A stretch of 64,000 bases of DNA, from assembly GCA_030390025.1 (NCBI GenBank), contig JASTWF010000345.1, positions 186,001-250,000 on the forward strand. The letters are read 5' to 3'. Every line of letters starts with the position of its first letter. The stretch's first letter is position 1. This stretch comes from Squalus acanthias (Eukaryota). The notes under the pieces were generated by a model. It worked only from the letters and a program-made list of their open reading frames with translations. It was not told where the DNA came from and made no database searches. Made by a program: the position numbers and the translations under genes. Positions 1 through 13,092 of this stretch are shown one piece after another.

Positions 1-346
1 TTATTAAATATGCTGGTCTGTCAAAAAGCCACAAACTGCATATTGACATAACCATGATGTCATCAATCTCTATTAATAACAACTTACAGGTTCTACTATA
101 AAGTACTGTGCTATTTGTTAAACAATTACCAATGTTTCCAATATGTTTGCAATATCAATACGCGCGCGCAATAAATTTAAGGTATGCAACAGAAAAATCA
201 ACTTTGGCGTACAATATATGAGTAATTTCAGATCTGACATACAGTAAGTGTAGCATGCTTGGGAGGAACAGGTGACTTTAGAACTATGGGCCTAGAAATT
301 GGATATAGGTGTGAAATGGGCAGTGTTAAGGCCTAACGATGTTTAA

Positions 347-3042
347 GAGAACAGCAGCATAGTGGTTATGTTTCTAGACTAGTAATTCAGAGGCCTGGAC
401 TAATGATCCAGAGATAAATCCCACCATGGCAGCTGGGGAATTGAAATTCAGTTAATTAAATAAATCTGGAATAAAAAGTGATCGGATTGTCGTAAAAACC
501 TATCTGGTTCACTAATGTCCTTTAGGGAAGGAAATCTGCCGTCCTTGCCTGGTCTGGCCTATATATGACTCCAGACCCACAGCAATGTGGTTGAATCTTA
601 ACAGCCCTCTGAATGGACTAGCAAGCCACTCAGTTGTAACAAACCGCTACGAAAAACAATAATAAGAATAAAACCGGACGGACCACCCGGCATCGACCTC
701 GGCACCGGTTTCGGACACGACAACGGCACACCCAGCCCAGTCGATCCTGCAAAGTCCTCCTTACTAACATCTGGGGACTTGTGCCAAAATTGGAAGAGCT
801 GTCCCACAGACTAGTCCAGCAACAGCCTGACAGTCATACTCACAGACTCATACCTTTCAGCCAACGTCCCAGACTCCTCCATCACCATCCCTGGGTTTGT
901 CCTGTCCCACCAGCAGGACAGACCCACCAGAGGTGGCGGCACCGTGGTATACAGTCGGGAAGGAGTGGCCTTGGGAGTCCTCAACATTGACTCTGGCCCC
1001 CATGAAGTCTCATGGCTTCAGGTCAACCATAGGTAAGGAAACCTCCTGCAGATTACCAGCTACCGCCCTCCCTCAGCTGATGAATCAGTACTCCTCCACG
1101 TTGAACACCACTTGGAAGAAGCACTGAGGGTAGCAAGAATGTACTCTGGGTGGGGGACTTCAATGTCCATCACCAAGAATGGCTCGGTAGCACCACTACT
1201 GACCGGGCTGGTCGAGTCCTGAAGGACATAGCTGCCAAACTGGGCCTACGGCAGGTGGTGAGAGAACCAACACAAGGGAAAATCGTATTTGACCTCGTCC
1301 TCACGAATCTACCTGTCGCAGATGCATCTTTCCATGACAGCATTGGTAGTAGTGACCACCGCACAGTCCTTGTGGAGATGAAGTCCCGTATTCACACTGA
1401 GGACACCCTCCATCGTGTTGTGTGGCACTACTACAGTGCTAAATGGGATAGATTCAGAACAGATCTAGCAGCTCAAAACTGGGCATCCATGAGGCGCTGT
1501 GGGCCATCATCAGCAGCAGCAGAATTGTATTCCACCACAATCTGTAACCTCATGGTCCGGCATATCCCTCACTCTACCACAACCATCAAGCCAGGGGACC
1601 AACCCTGGTTCAATGAGGAGTGCAGGAAAGCATGCCAGGAACAGCACCAGGTGTACCTAAAAATGAGATGGCAACCTGGGGAAGCTGCAACACAGAACTA
1701 CATGCATGCTAAATAGCGGAAGCAGCATGCTATAGACGGAGCTAAGTGATCCCACAATCAACGGATCAGATCAAAGCTCTGTAGTCCTGCCACATCTAAT
1801 CGTGAATGATGGTGGAAAGTTAAACAATTAACGGGAGGAGGAGTGCCAAGTGGATGATCCATATCGGTCTCCTCCTGCGGTCCCCACCATCACAGAAGCC
1901 AGTCTTCAGCCAATTTGATTCACTCCACGTGATATCAAGAAACGGCTGAGCGCGCTGAATACAGCAAAGGCTATGGGCCCTGACAACATCCCGGCTGTTG
2001 TGCTGAAGACTTGTGCTCCAGAACTAGCTGCGCCTCTAGCCAAGCTGTTCCAGTACAGCTACAACACTGGCATCATACCGACAATGTGGAAAACTGCCCA
2101 GGTATGTCCTGTCCACAAAAAGCAGGACAAATCCAATCCGGACAATTACCACTCCATCAGTCTACTCTCAATCATCAGCAAAGTGATGGAAGGTGTCGTC
2201 AACAATGCTATCAAGCGGCACTTACTCACTAATAACCTGCTCACCAATGCTCAGTTTGGCTTCTGCCAAGACCACTCGGCTCCAGGCCTCATTACAGCTT
2301 TGGTCCAAACATGCACAAATGAGCTGAATTCCAGAGATGAGGTGAGAGTGACTGCCCTTGGCATCAAGGCAGCATTTGATCGAGTGTGGCATCAAGGAGA
2401 CCTAGTAAAATTGAAGTCAATGGGAATCAGGGGGAAAACTCTCCACTAGCTGGAGTCATACCTAGCACAAAGGGAGATGATGTGGTTGTTGAAGGCCAAT
2501 CATCTCAGCCCCAGGACGTCGCTGCAGGAGTTCCTCAGGGCAGTGTCCTAGGCCCAACCATCTTCAGCTGCTTCATCAATGACCTTCCCTCCATCATAAG
2601 GTCAGAAGTGGGGATGTTCGCTGATGATTGCACAGTGTTCAGTTCCATTCGCAACTCCTCAGATAATGGAGCAGTCCATGCCCGCATGCAGCAAGACCTG
2701 GACGACATTCAGGCTTGGGCTGATAAGTGGCAAATAACATTTGCGCCACACATGTGCCAGGCACTGACTATCTCCAACAAGCGAGAGTCTAACCACCGCC
2801 CCATTCTATTCAACGGCATTACCATCGCCAAATGCCCCCACCATCAACATCCTTGGGGTCACCATTGACCAGAAACTTAACTGGACCAGCCACATAAATA
2901 CTGTGACTACAAGAGCAGGTCAGAGACTGGGTATTCTGCGGCGAGTGTCTCACCTCCTGACTCCCCAAAGCCTTTCCACCATCTACAAGGCACAAGTCAA
3001 GAGTATGATGGAATACTCTCCACTTGCCTGGATGAGTGCAGC
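347..3042 (+). mobile_element. Single-ORF LINE (CR1 clade, Zenon-like) with tRNA-like 5' head; decayed, 3' end missing
   Basis: Fragmented APE (VLLTNIWG, GDFNVHH, SDHRTV) and RT (GPDNIP, QFGF, GVPQGSVLGP, FADD, KAQVKSMMEY) motifs. 5' segment colinear with the copy at 53478-56707. Stops, frameshifts and a deletion near 1842. Zenon-like label is from recalled motif similarity. Confidence 0.9.
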
Positions 3043-3199
3043 CGGTGGGACCGCGGGCGGATGATTCCATCCCGGATATCCCGGCCACAAAGAGGCTGTC
3101 TGGGATGCATCCTTCCATCTGATTCCTCCTCTTTGGCGTCGTCCTCTTCTGCACCTTCCTCTTCCCTCTGCAAGCGGATGCTGTAAATGTGAAATGACA

Positions 3200-3375
3200 G
3201 CTTAAACTGCTGGAAATACTCAGTTGGTCAGGCAGCATGTCGACCTGAGACATGAATTCTGTTTTTCTCTCCATGGATGTTTCATGATTTGCTGAGTCCA
3301 GGACAGTCACTCTCACTTCATCTCTGGAATTCAGCTCTTTTGTGCTGAGTATTCGCAGCATGTTCTGTCTTCTCA
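3200..3375 (+). repeat. Penelope-derived short repeat remnant carrying a small LINE-derived insert
   Basis: Similar to 25385-25550 (tgctggaaatactcag ... tctgtttttctctcca ... gctgagtatt). Confidence 0.6.
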
Positions 3376-3529
3376 AAGGCCTTCATTTACCATTTGAGCC
3401 CTTGCAAGCATCCAGCAGCATTCCCTACACACTTACAAAACTTTTCACATCTATTGCAGCAAGCCACCATTTCAATAAAATCAAAAAAACACAGTCCAAA
3501 CCTTAAATTCAAACTTACCTGAATGATGT

Positions 3530-3850
3530 GTGTGTCCCTTTAAGAGCTGCAGACATTGTCTGCCTGCTTGCACGCCAGGTTTACCTGGCATGCTTAGGAC
3601 CCAGCGCTGAAATCAGCACTAGGGTCAAAGTTCGCGTTGGTGACGTTAAGTCGTCGTTGTATGCCGATTGACGTCACTGCGCCGCCATTTTTTTCCCAGG
3701 GTGCTGCCAGTTACCGGCAGTGCAAAGGGGAAGTGGAATATGGCAGCCGGCGCGGGACTCGACACCAGCTGGCGAAAGAGCGGCGTCCTGCCATTTTATC
3801 ACCATTTCATGGCGCTATGGAGTGGCAGTAAGTAGATGAATTTCTAGCCC
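3530..3850. mobile_element. Harbinger-type terminal arm remnant
   Basis: Ends AATTTCTAGCCC, like the TIRs of the other Harbinger elements. Possible partner end GGGCCTAGAAATT at 288-300, but no matching TSD. Confidence 0.45.
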
Positions 3851-4109
3851 AGAGTCTCCAGGAACTGCAGCAGCAAACAGAACTCATGACCAAAACTGCA
3901 GCAACATGGCGATTTCTCCAGCAAAATGCAGTGAGTAGAGGATAGTTACGCAATACAAATTATGTGCGTAAAATCAATCCTAGTCACTTACAGCAGTGCG
4001 GTCTCCAGGCGTGGTTGACAGGGGAATTACCTAATCATCTCCATTCTGGTCGGGAATAGTGGTGTCATTATATGCAGCCTTTTTCGTCTAGCAATTCCTA
4101 TGTTCCTAT

Positions 4110-4955
4110 GGGGGAGAAATTCAGTATCGCCCCAGTTTGGAGCATAATTATCGGCCGGGCGCAAAGTTTAGTGCCTGGCGCTAATTATCACCTCTGATTG
4201 CCAACTTGGCTTCTATCACCCCTGGAGGTGATTGTAGCGCTAAATCAAGTGCTACACACCTCTCTAAAGGCGCTAATGCCGAGGAGCGAGGCGCTACCTC
4301 AGAGCGCTGGCGAAGCTCATGTGATGTCAGTTAGCAATGGAACACAGACACACTGGCGCTGGCCAGTTCTTAAACGGGAGGGTTGATCTTGCTCTCCATC
4401 CACACCCTGCTCATTGCAGCCTTGAATCTCGGCCTGGAGAGATCTGTACATCAAATCTGCTGGAAAGAACAATGGAGAGCCCCAGGGAAAGAGCTCAGAG
4501 TGCAGCCCCCATAGTCTCTTCTAAATCGATGCAAGGAAGGTCAAATCAAAATGAACCTGCAAAGTGCTGTTCAGTACCCAAAACTCCTTCAGCGTTGAAT
4601 CTCTCTAGAAGTCTCTCTCTCTCTCTCTCAGAATGCGTGGTGCAAAAATGTCGCCGACAAAAAAAGGCAGGAAGCAGTCGCCTTTAAATAGCGCTCCCCC
4701 AGTCCCTTCCCAACTGCAAAACGTTCCCCTCAACCTGTCGTTGATAGCGGCTGGTGGAAAGGCAGGGGGCACCACTCAATATCCGGTCCGGGGCGTTGCA
4801 CACTTGACTGACGTCACGATCTGCGGGTGCAGGAGATCGTGGCGGTAGTGTTTAGCGCTGCCACAAAATGTCTGGTCAATTTCGCGAGTGGCGCAAACAT
4901 CGCCGCGCCCGGGCGCTAGTTGATTTGCGCCCCATTAGTGCCCTCTTTTTCCCTC
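4110..4955 (+). mobile_element. Harbinger MITE, family A
   Basis: Starts GGGGGAGAAATTC, TAT flanks at 4107-4109 and 4956-4958, colinear with 20697-21589 and 43541-44433. Small deletion at the right end. Confidence 0.9.
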
Positions 4956-5176
4956 TATGTCTTTAATCAGAAATCTTCCATAGTGTCTATCAGGGAAGTC
5001 AGGACTTGAGATTTCACCAATTAATTGGTAGCATAAATCTACTGTTCAATGCTTTCATTTTCTAGAAAGTGTAGAAAGCCTGGCAACACAACCTAGCTAC
5101 ATCAATTTCCTATCTGCATCTATCTTCAATCACGCACACTGTGAATCCTTAATCTCAGCCAAACCTGAGGCTTTAC

Positions 5177-5641
5177 CTGAGGTGAGTTTCTGCCTTGGAG
5201 AGAAGAAAGGAAAGAAAGACTCAATGATGGGCTGTGTAAAACTACTCACAGACACAATGAGGCACTGAAGGAGGCCTGGGGACAGATGATTCTCCTCCAA
5301 CAAATTGGCTGTCATGTATTTTACAGTGCAAGGAGGAAGAATAAAAAGGGCAAGAAACTTAAATTAGTGAGAATGGTGGCACAATGGTGCAGTTCATTGG
5401 AGCGCCAACCGAATGGAAGGATGCGGGTTCACATATGATTCCGTATACGATCCTGACCAGGGACACAACAAACAGAGATTGGATACAGGAAGATAGGGGA
5501 AATCAGATTGAGAGATTTTCCCTCCTCGCCCTTCCGCTCACGAAGCCAGCCATTTTCTCACAGCTTCTATCAACCAGCAGAGACCGTGGAGTTGTGCTCT
5601 AATTTGTCCTTCAGCCAGGAAGACAGTGTGGTACTGAGAGA
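5177..5641 (-). other. Candidate host exon (non-coding or UTR)
   Basis: Minus strand shows a long polypyrimidine tract plus CAG acceptor at 5642-5670 and a CAG|GTAAAG donor at 5171-5179, in non-repetitive sequence. All three frames entering from the acceptor hit stops. Confidence 0.3.
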
Positions 5642-5954
5642 CTGAAAAAGAGGGAAAAAAAAGAAAATGATTAAATTACCACCCCCAAAAATTAGGAAAA
5701 TAGCTAAGTAAAACCATCTGTTCAAATGTTGATTAACAAACTGAAAAAATCTGAATGATTTATGCATTTATTTGGGTGTTTTTAATTTTCTTTGTGAATT
5801 ATATCCATCTATGTAACTAAAGGTGCTGGTGCTGAAACTCTGGGAGTTTTGCCCTCCTAGCGGAATTGTGGCAGTGTGGAACTCCCATCGGCCCATGGAG
5901 TAGGCCGCAAACCCAATTCAAAATCTCGGGCCGAAGGCAACCTGCTGGTAATTT

Positions 5955-6415
5955 TAATAACAACAGAAAGCGCTGGAAAAACTCAGCAGGCCAGGCAACA
6001 TCCGTGGAGAGAGAAACAGAGTTAACGTTTCAGGTCAAAGACCCCTGTGTCAGAACTGAGAAAAAAGCAGGAAATGAAACAGATGAAAAAGCAAGTTTGG
6101 AGGCTGGGGGAGGGAATAAAAGAACAAAAGGGAAGGTCTGTGAGACGTAGAGACATTAAGAGATACACAAGGCGAGATGAGATGGTAATAGGACAGGTTA
6201 AGAAACAAAAGATGGCTCAGAAGTGTGAAATGCGCTGGCAGGATGAAAGACAGCTGCCGTGTGGGAGAGAGAGAAAAGGGAAAAGTCACAATCCAAAAGG
6301 GGGGATAAAAATGGTAGGGGCCGAGGTTATGATCTGAAATTGTTGAACTCGATATTGAGTCCAGAAGGCTGTAAAGTGCCTAATCGGAAGATGAGGTGCT
6401 TGTTCCTCGAGCTTT
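5955..6415 (-). mobile_element. Penelope-like element 3' fragment
   Basis: Reverse complement of the hammerhead-bearing repeat (gagagaaacagagttaacgtttcaggtc), followed by a purine-rich tract. Confidence 0.55.
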
Positions 6416-7451
6416 TAATTTTGTAGTTTTCACCAAAGGAAGCAATTGGCCGACATTTTAAAACTAATCAATTCCCTCTAAGATTGATTACTTTTCTGTG
6501 GGAACTTTCTGGGGCCTTCCCAAGGGCCTCAACAAACTCATGCCAGCTCTTAGCTAGGAAGATTTCCTTGATGCGTTGTAAAGGTGCAAAAGGGGAGCCT
6601 GGGAACTCTGCAGACACATTCCTTTGACATAGAGAGCAGGTGGAAGACTCACTGTCTTCCCACCCCCCATCAGAATTTAAGACAGCACTTTGGATAGGGC
6701 AGAAACCCAGTGGAACATTTTCCATCTTCCCGAAACTTGGGAATTTTCGGGCCTTTGTGTTTAGTAACACCACCCTATCAAAGGTGTCACATGTCAAATG
6801 TGTCAAGCATCTGTAGGGCTAATCATGCTTGACTCAAATAATCACCATCTGCTAAATTAACTGGTTCACATTTCATCAATCAAAAGGAGCTGCATTGACT
6901 AGGTCAGTGACAAAGTAAGCAGCAAAAAACTGAGCAAGCAAATCTCTCAGTTTTCTCAAAGCTACCAACAAATACCACAAAATCGGACAATCAAGTCACT
7001 CAAAAGATATTGCTCAAAATCTTTCTTAGCTGCTTTTAGTGTTACTGATTCCTTGGGGGGGAATGTTTCTCAGCTATACCTCCTTAAATTGGGAAGTTTA
7101 AGAAACATAGAAAAATAGGAGCAGGAGTAGGCCATTCGGCCCTTCGAGCCTTTAGAGGTAGAAAAAGAAGGGAAATAGAGTAGGGTGGCCTACCGCCCGA
7201 TGCCTACTTTTCAGGGTGCGAATGGGAACTTTCCTCCCCCGCCCTGACCTTTCAATTCCCGTTGATTTCTCGAAGTGGAAGTTGGGCCAATCAGAGCTGC
7301 TTCTGGTGCACAGTAACGGCTAACAACCAGGAGCAGCTGTGATTGGTCCAACCTGCACTTGTAGTGCTGAGATCGCCCTATGTGAGGCTGTATCACTGTA
7401 TACTTTCTCTTTGAATTGAAACTTAAATTTGCTTAGATGCTTTAAAACTTC

Positions 7452-8567
7452 CGACGGGCCACAGCGAAAAATCACATAGACCTCCTGAGAAGACGAACAC
7501 AGGTCACAACCAACAGAGTACCCTACGTCGTCCAGTACTTCCCCGGAGCGGAAAAACTACGCCATGTTCTTCGCAGCCTTCAACATGTCATCGATGATGA
7601 CGAACACCTCGCTAAGGCCATCCCCACGCCTCCACTACTCGCCTTCAAGCAGCCGCCTAACCTCAAAAGTACCATCGTTCGCAGCAAATTACCCAGCTGT
7701 CAGGAGAACAGCGACCACGACACCACACAACCCTGCCACGGCAACCTCTGCAAGACATGCCAGATCATCAACACAGATACCATCATCACACGTGAGGACA
7801 CCACCCACCAGGTACATGGTACATACTCATGTGACTCGGCCAACGTTGTCTACCTCATACGTTGCAGGAAAGGATGCCCCGGAGCATGGTACATCGGCGA
7901 GACCATGCAGACACTGCGTCAATGTATGAACGGACACTGCGCAACAATCGCCAGGCAGGAGTGTTCCCTTCCAGTCGGGGAACACTTCAGCAGTCAAGGA
8001 CATTCAGCCTCCGATCTTCGGGTAAGCATTCTCCAAGGCGGCCTTCGAGACACACGACAACGCAAAATCGTCGAGCAGAAACTGATAGCCAAGTTCTGCA
8101 CCCATGAGGACGGCCTCAACCGGGATCCTGGGTTCATGTCATGCTACATGTAACCCCACCTGACGTAGAGTCATCCAGACTCGAGTCGTCGTTGGCTTGT
8201 ACACAGATGCGGCCGGACCTGCTGTGATTTCCAGCAAAAAAAGTTTTTTGTTTTCCATACAGACCCCAGCATCTGCCACATTTGACCCCTTGTGACCCCA
8301 CCTCATTGTCTTTGATGTAATGTTTTCCTGACTGACCTGTTTGGACACCATCCACACCTTTGATTGCCGTGATTGTCTCTCTGCCGAGGTGTGATAAAGG
8401 GCAGTTAGAAAGATTAACTGTAATCATCTGGCAGTGTTCTCTGACTATATATGCTGTGCCGATATACATCTCTTCACTTCACCTGACGAAGGAGCAGCGC
8501 TCCGAAAGCTTGTGATTTCAAATAAAACTGTTGGACTATAACCTGGTGTTGTGCGACTTCTCACATT
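7452..8567 (+). mobile_element. Penelope-like retroelement, 5' truncated, GIY-YIG endonuclease C-terminus plus 3' region
   Basis: The frame of ORF 7905-8153 extends upstream as CDSANVVYLIRCRKGCPGAWYIGETMQTLRQ and continues HF...EQKLI...GLNRD, typical of the PLE GIY-YIG domain. Terminal sequence is shared with 46785-46978. Confidence 0.9.
8479..8515 (+). ncRNA. Minimal type I hammerhead ribozyme
   Basis: TCAC-CTGACGA-A-GGAGC(AGC)GCTCC-GAAA-GCTT-GTGA: conserved cores, stem I TCAC/GTGA, stem II, palindromic AAGCTT stem III. Confidence 0.8.
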
Positions 8568-10654
8568 AAAACTTAAAGAAATTCAGACATTTGATTGGCG
8601 ATCTACCATAGAAGGTCGAGTGAGGCTGCATTGGTGGTTGCAACAAGTCAATGGGCCTGAATCTGCTGAAAATTTGTGCCATGGTAATGACGCGTCTACG
8701 GCGTACTTCATTATTATGATATAGAAATTCCAGGAAATTACGGCATGAGTGACTTATGTGATTATGTACACCACCCCATAATTTGCTGGCTCCATAGAGA
8801 CCCTCGCTGAAGTAGTTGACTGGCTAATTATCATAGCTCCCATTAAAATCAATGGTGAATTCGTGTTTGCTTAATTAACGCCACTGTGATCACCACAGTC
8901 ACTTGGATCATTACAGAGTGGTGCTGCAGGGCTCAGAATCAGTAAAATATTCAATCGCTCAGCAGGTTTTGACTCATTTTGCATGAAGTTCCCACTAAAT
9001 AAAATTCCCTGAGGCTAAAATGTTGAAGGATAGTTATACTCAAATGCAGCTATTTTGGAAGAAGCTGATTACTTTACATGTCGAGGAATTGTACTGATTT
9101 ACTTAAAAACTTAAGTCGAGTAACAGGAGATGCAATCACTTCCTGACATTGTTCAGTGTGGGTTCGAGGAATCTCCTTTTATACTAGTCCATTTTATTAT
9201 CAGGAAAGGAAATATAAACAATTTCACCAAATGCATTCGATCTTTGTTAGAAGTGCAGTGCATAAAGAGTTGAATCCCCAGCATTCAGCCAATAAAACAT
9301 CTGGCACACAATAACCCTGAGTCAAGGGTAGAATGGGAGTGAAATAAACCGGTATCATATGGAGATGTGGGTTGTGTGTGTGAGAAGATAACAGCTTCAG
9401 TCTTTCTCTATCAAACCAGCCTTACTTTAATGTCATAACTTTGTTTAAAATAAAGCAACCAGCCACCTATTGACAAGACAGACTGTCAGAAGTGAAAATA
9501 ACCAGACACTGGGATCTGTGACAACAATGAACGGCCCTTGATTTAGCAGTCTGCTGCCCTTTGCGCCATCCTGATTATAAGAAATAAGAATGAACTATAA
9601 AAATGAGATAAAAACCTAACTCCATTTATACTAATCAGCTGCTTAAATATGAAAATAGAAAACCTCCACAAATTGTTTAGCTCTTTCACTTTTGTGGAAA
9701 CATTAAATAAGCTGCTGTTCCGTCCTGTGTCAGGCCCGGGTACCTTGGATGTGTATCAGACATTGGCTGCGCTGCTCCTGATCGGCCTCCTGATGTGCTC
9801 GCTGTGGCGTATTCTAATTATTTTTCCAGCGAATTAAGGACCGCATTCGCCATTGGAGGATCGGGGAGCACAGGGCCTCATTTGCATATGTCAGAGTGTG
9901 AGCCAGTGGCGCAGCAGCTGAGGGTTTCCTAGATTTGCACTACTAATGCATTTGGGGTGACTCCGACTGAGATTTCTGCGATGCATCAGTTGCCAGGATC
10001 AGCTGATAGACGGAAGTGAGGAGTCCCTGACACAGAAGAGTCTGGACATTTTGAATACAGATTTCTGCAGCTTTTTAAAGTGGTTTTTGTTTTTGCCATT
10101 ATGGCTATAGACACCAAGGTCAGACCATCGACAGACTTTCGCGCCTCTCCCCCACACTCCACCTTCCTACCCATAGTCAGGGGGTTCTCAGGAGCAGGTC
10201 TGGCATTTCCTATGTGCATATCTTTGTACGCCATTATCATGGTGGAGTAGGAGCACCACAGGATGGAGTAAAGGAGAGTCTGGCAGCATTTACTGCAAGA
10301 GGCATCATGACACATGTCATCACTGAAGTCTTCTTTTCTGTGGACATAGTCTTCCTTTGACACCACAGCCCTACCTCCACATTCAAATAAAGGGACCTTC
10401 CCTCAATTTACTACCCATCTGACCACATGACAAATCTGCACCACACTTTGCCCGTACATGATCGTGCCAATAATCATCACCTCAGTGAAGACGTCAGCAC
10501 CACATAAGTGCACTCTTTATTACACAGAATTAATTCCAAACTGCACACAACCAAACTACTCTTTCTTAACACCATGCGACCCCAGGGTGCCTACACATAC
10601 CTTACTTTAAAACCTATTCTCGTGCTTCTTCAAAGTGCCACCTTAAGGCCAGGA

Positions 10655-11392
10655 TCATAGAATCATAGAAACTTACAGCGCAGGAGGCCATTTGGCCTGT
10701 TGTGCCTGTGCTGGCTCTTAGAAAGAGCAGTCGTGCTTAGTCCCAAATCCCCGCTTTATGTCCATAACCCTGTAAGTTCCTCATCCTCAAGTCCTGTCCA
10801 ACTCACTTTTTAAATTATTTATGGAAACAGCTTCCACCACTTTTTCAGGTAGAGCGTTCCAGATCCTGACAACTCTCTGATTAAAAAAATTGTCCTCATC
10901 TCCCTCCTAGATCTTTCGCCAATGATTTTGAATCTATCTATGACCTTTAGTTATTGAGCCACTCACCAGAGGGAATCATTTTCTCTATCTACTCTATCAA
11001 AACTTCTCATCATCTTGAAAACCTCTATTAGGTCACCTCTTAACCTTTTCTGTTCCAAGGAGAACAGTCCTAACTTTTCCAACCTTTCCTAATAACTGAA
11101 GTCCCTCATCCCTTGTAACATCCTGGTAAACCTCCTCTGTACCCTTTCTAAGGCCTTTACATCTTTCCTGAAGTGTGGTGCCCAGAATTGTCCACAATAC
11201 TCCAACTGAGGCCTAACCAGTGATTTATAAATTTCTAGCATGATCTCTTTGCTTTTATATTCTATTCCTCTATTTATAAACCCAAGTAGCCCATATGCTT
11301 TTTTTAACCACCTTACCAACATGCCCTGCCACCTTTAAGGATTTGTGTATATGGACACCAAGGTCTCTCTGCTCATCTACACGTTTCAAAAT
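10655..11392 (-). mobile_element. CR1 LINE 3' fragment
   Basis: ORF 11089-11322 (LVRPQLEYCGQFWAPH...LERVQRRFTRM) and (ATCATAGA)n tail at the left end. Confidence 0.9.
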
Positions 11393-13092
11393 TGTGATTG
11401 CAAAGATGGTTTGCTGCTCATGTTCTACAAAAGGGTCATGGGACTGTGGTGACCCTTGTCTTCGTCTTGTAGTACATTGTATGTTTCCTGGTATAATACT
11501 CCAGCCATTCTAAAATAGCAGACCAAACGTGAAGAAAGCCATGGGTTTCACTGAAATTATGCGTTTTATATTCATTCACCACATTAGCACAACATCATTT
11601 CAGGTAAGGAATTAAATGCATTTCCATTATATAGCTGAAAACACCCAAAACGAAAAAAAAATCTTGTAAATTAGATTTTTATTGTTGAAGTATAAATTAT
11701 ATGGGAGTTGCTTGAAAGAGTAAATTCACAAAGTGTCTCTCTTACAATACTATGATTAATTATCACTTAAATAAGTAACTTATGTTTACCACCCGCAGAC
11801 TATATGGCTCCTACATGGTTTCTGCAGTGAACCAAAAACATTCCATGCATTTTAATTTCTACTTCAAATGCACCAGCAAGCAGCAAGTGACAAAACTTTA
11901 AATATTCTCCAATATCTAACAGATTTGTATTCTGAAAACAACAAACATAATGCAAGTAACATCTATATACCGAATTGTAAAATTTAACAAGCAAACATAT
12001 TGGATCATAGCTTATGGCAACTTGCAAGAAGTAATTAAATTAAACAATTGATTTTAAAGTTTGTTTTTACAATTTTGCAGTGGGTACAGAGAAATACGAC
12101 ATAGGTGAAAGGATGACAAATGCAATAGTAACAATTAATTTAAGAAAATCCAGAGGAAGTATAGGTCCTTCAGTCCATCAAGCTCACTCCATACAGAGCC
12201 CATGTTTGACTATTGGAGTCCATGTGTGACTATTCTATCTTGGACACTTAATTCACCGTCCACCATCACCACTAGTTAATCAATTACCTTAAGAAAAACT
12301 AAGGAGCTGAAAATCCACTCCTATATACTGGAGAAACAGGCAAGCGCTGGGTGTAGAAGGGGCAGAAAACGAGGATCAGAGGCCTTGCGCCTGATTTGCA
12401 CTAGCCCCAGGTTTTCTGCTCGGACTGTACTTCGGGAGCGGGAAGCTTCTGCTGATCCTTGATACGGACCTCAGTAGCAGCACTAATTCTATGAGTTGTG
12501 TGCATGTATTTGCTGCCCCATAAATTCCAATGCATCGTGTTATTAGCATGATGTCATCATTATGCACCTGTAAAACCTGGAGCACAGCACACTTCCGTAG
12601 GTATGCAACCAGCAGAAATACCATTAAAAGTGTCATGCTTGACCTTGCGGAGTGATTTAGGAGACCTTCGGGTAGAAATTGAACTTTGTTGTGCCCGTTT
12701 TATGGGCGTAAAATGAACGCAATGAGGGCCAATTTTGTGGACCAATGCCCCACCCCCAAAGGACGCCTGCTCTGCAAGATGTTCGACCCAATAGTGGGTT
12801 GGGCCATTTTTCAGGCATTCCTGGTGGCCACCTAAAACTGTCTTCTCATGGCAGTGAAAATATGACAGCAACAATGCAGCCCCCTCCAAAGCAGGTATAG
12901 GAGAGAACCTTTGGTCTGGGCCCAGTATGCTTTGGACATTGCATTGAAACATTGCAATAAAGTCCAGCAAGGATTTCCAGAATTGCATTCTCTATAATTT
13001 GGCCATCACAAAAGGATTGGACCTTCCAAGTACAGAAGGATTGTTAATGCAGTGAGCACATTGGAAACTTAAGAGGTTTCCTGTATGAAAGC

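Noticed and set aside
288..3850. One Harbinger element enclosing the LINE
   Set aside because: TIR-like ends are present but flanking triplets do not match, so pairing is unproven
9986..10366. 126-aa ORF as a host exon or Myb remnant
   Set aside because: No motif I can support
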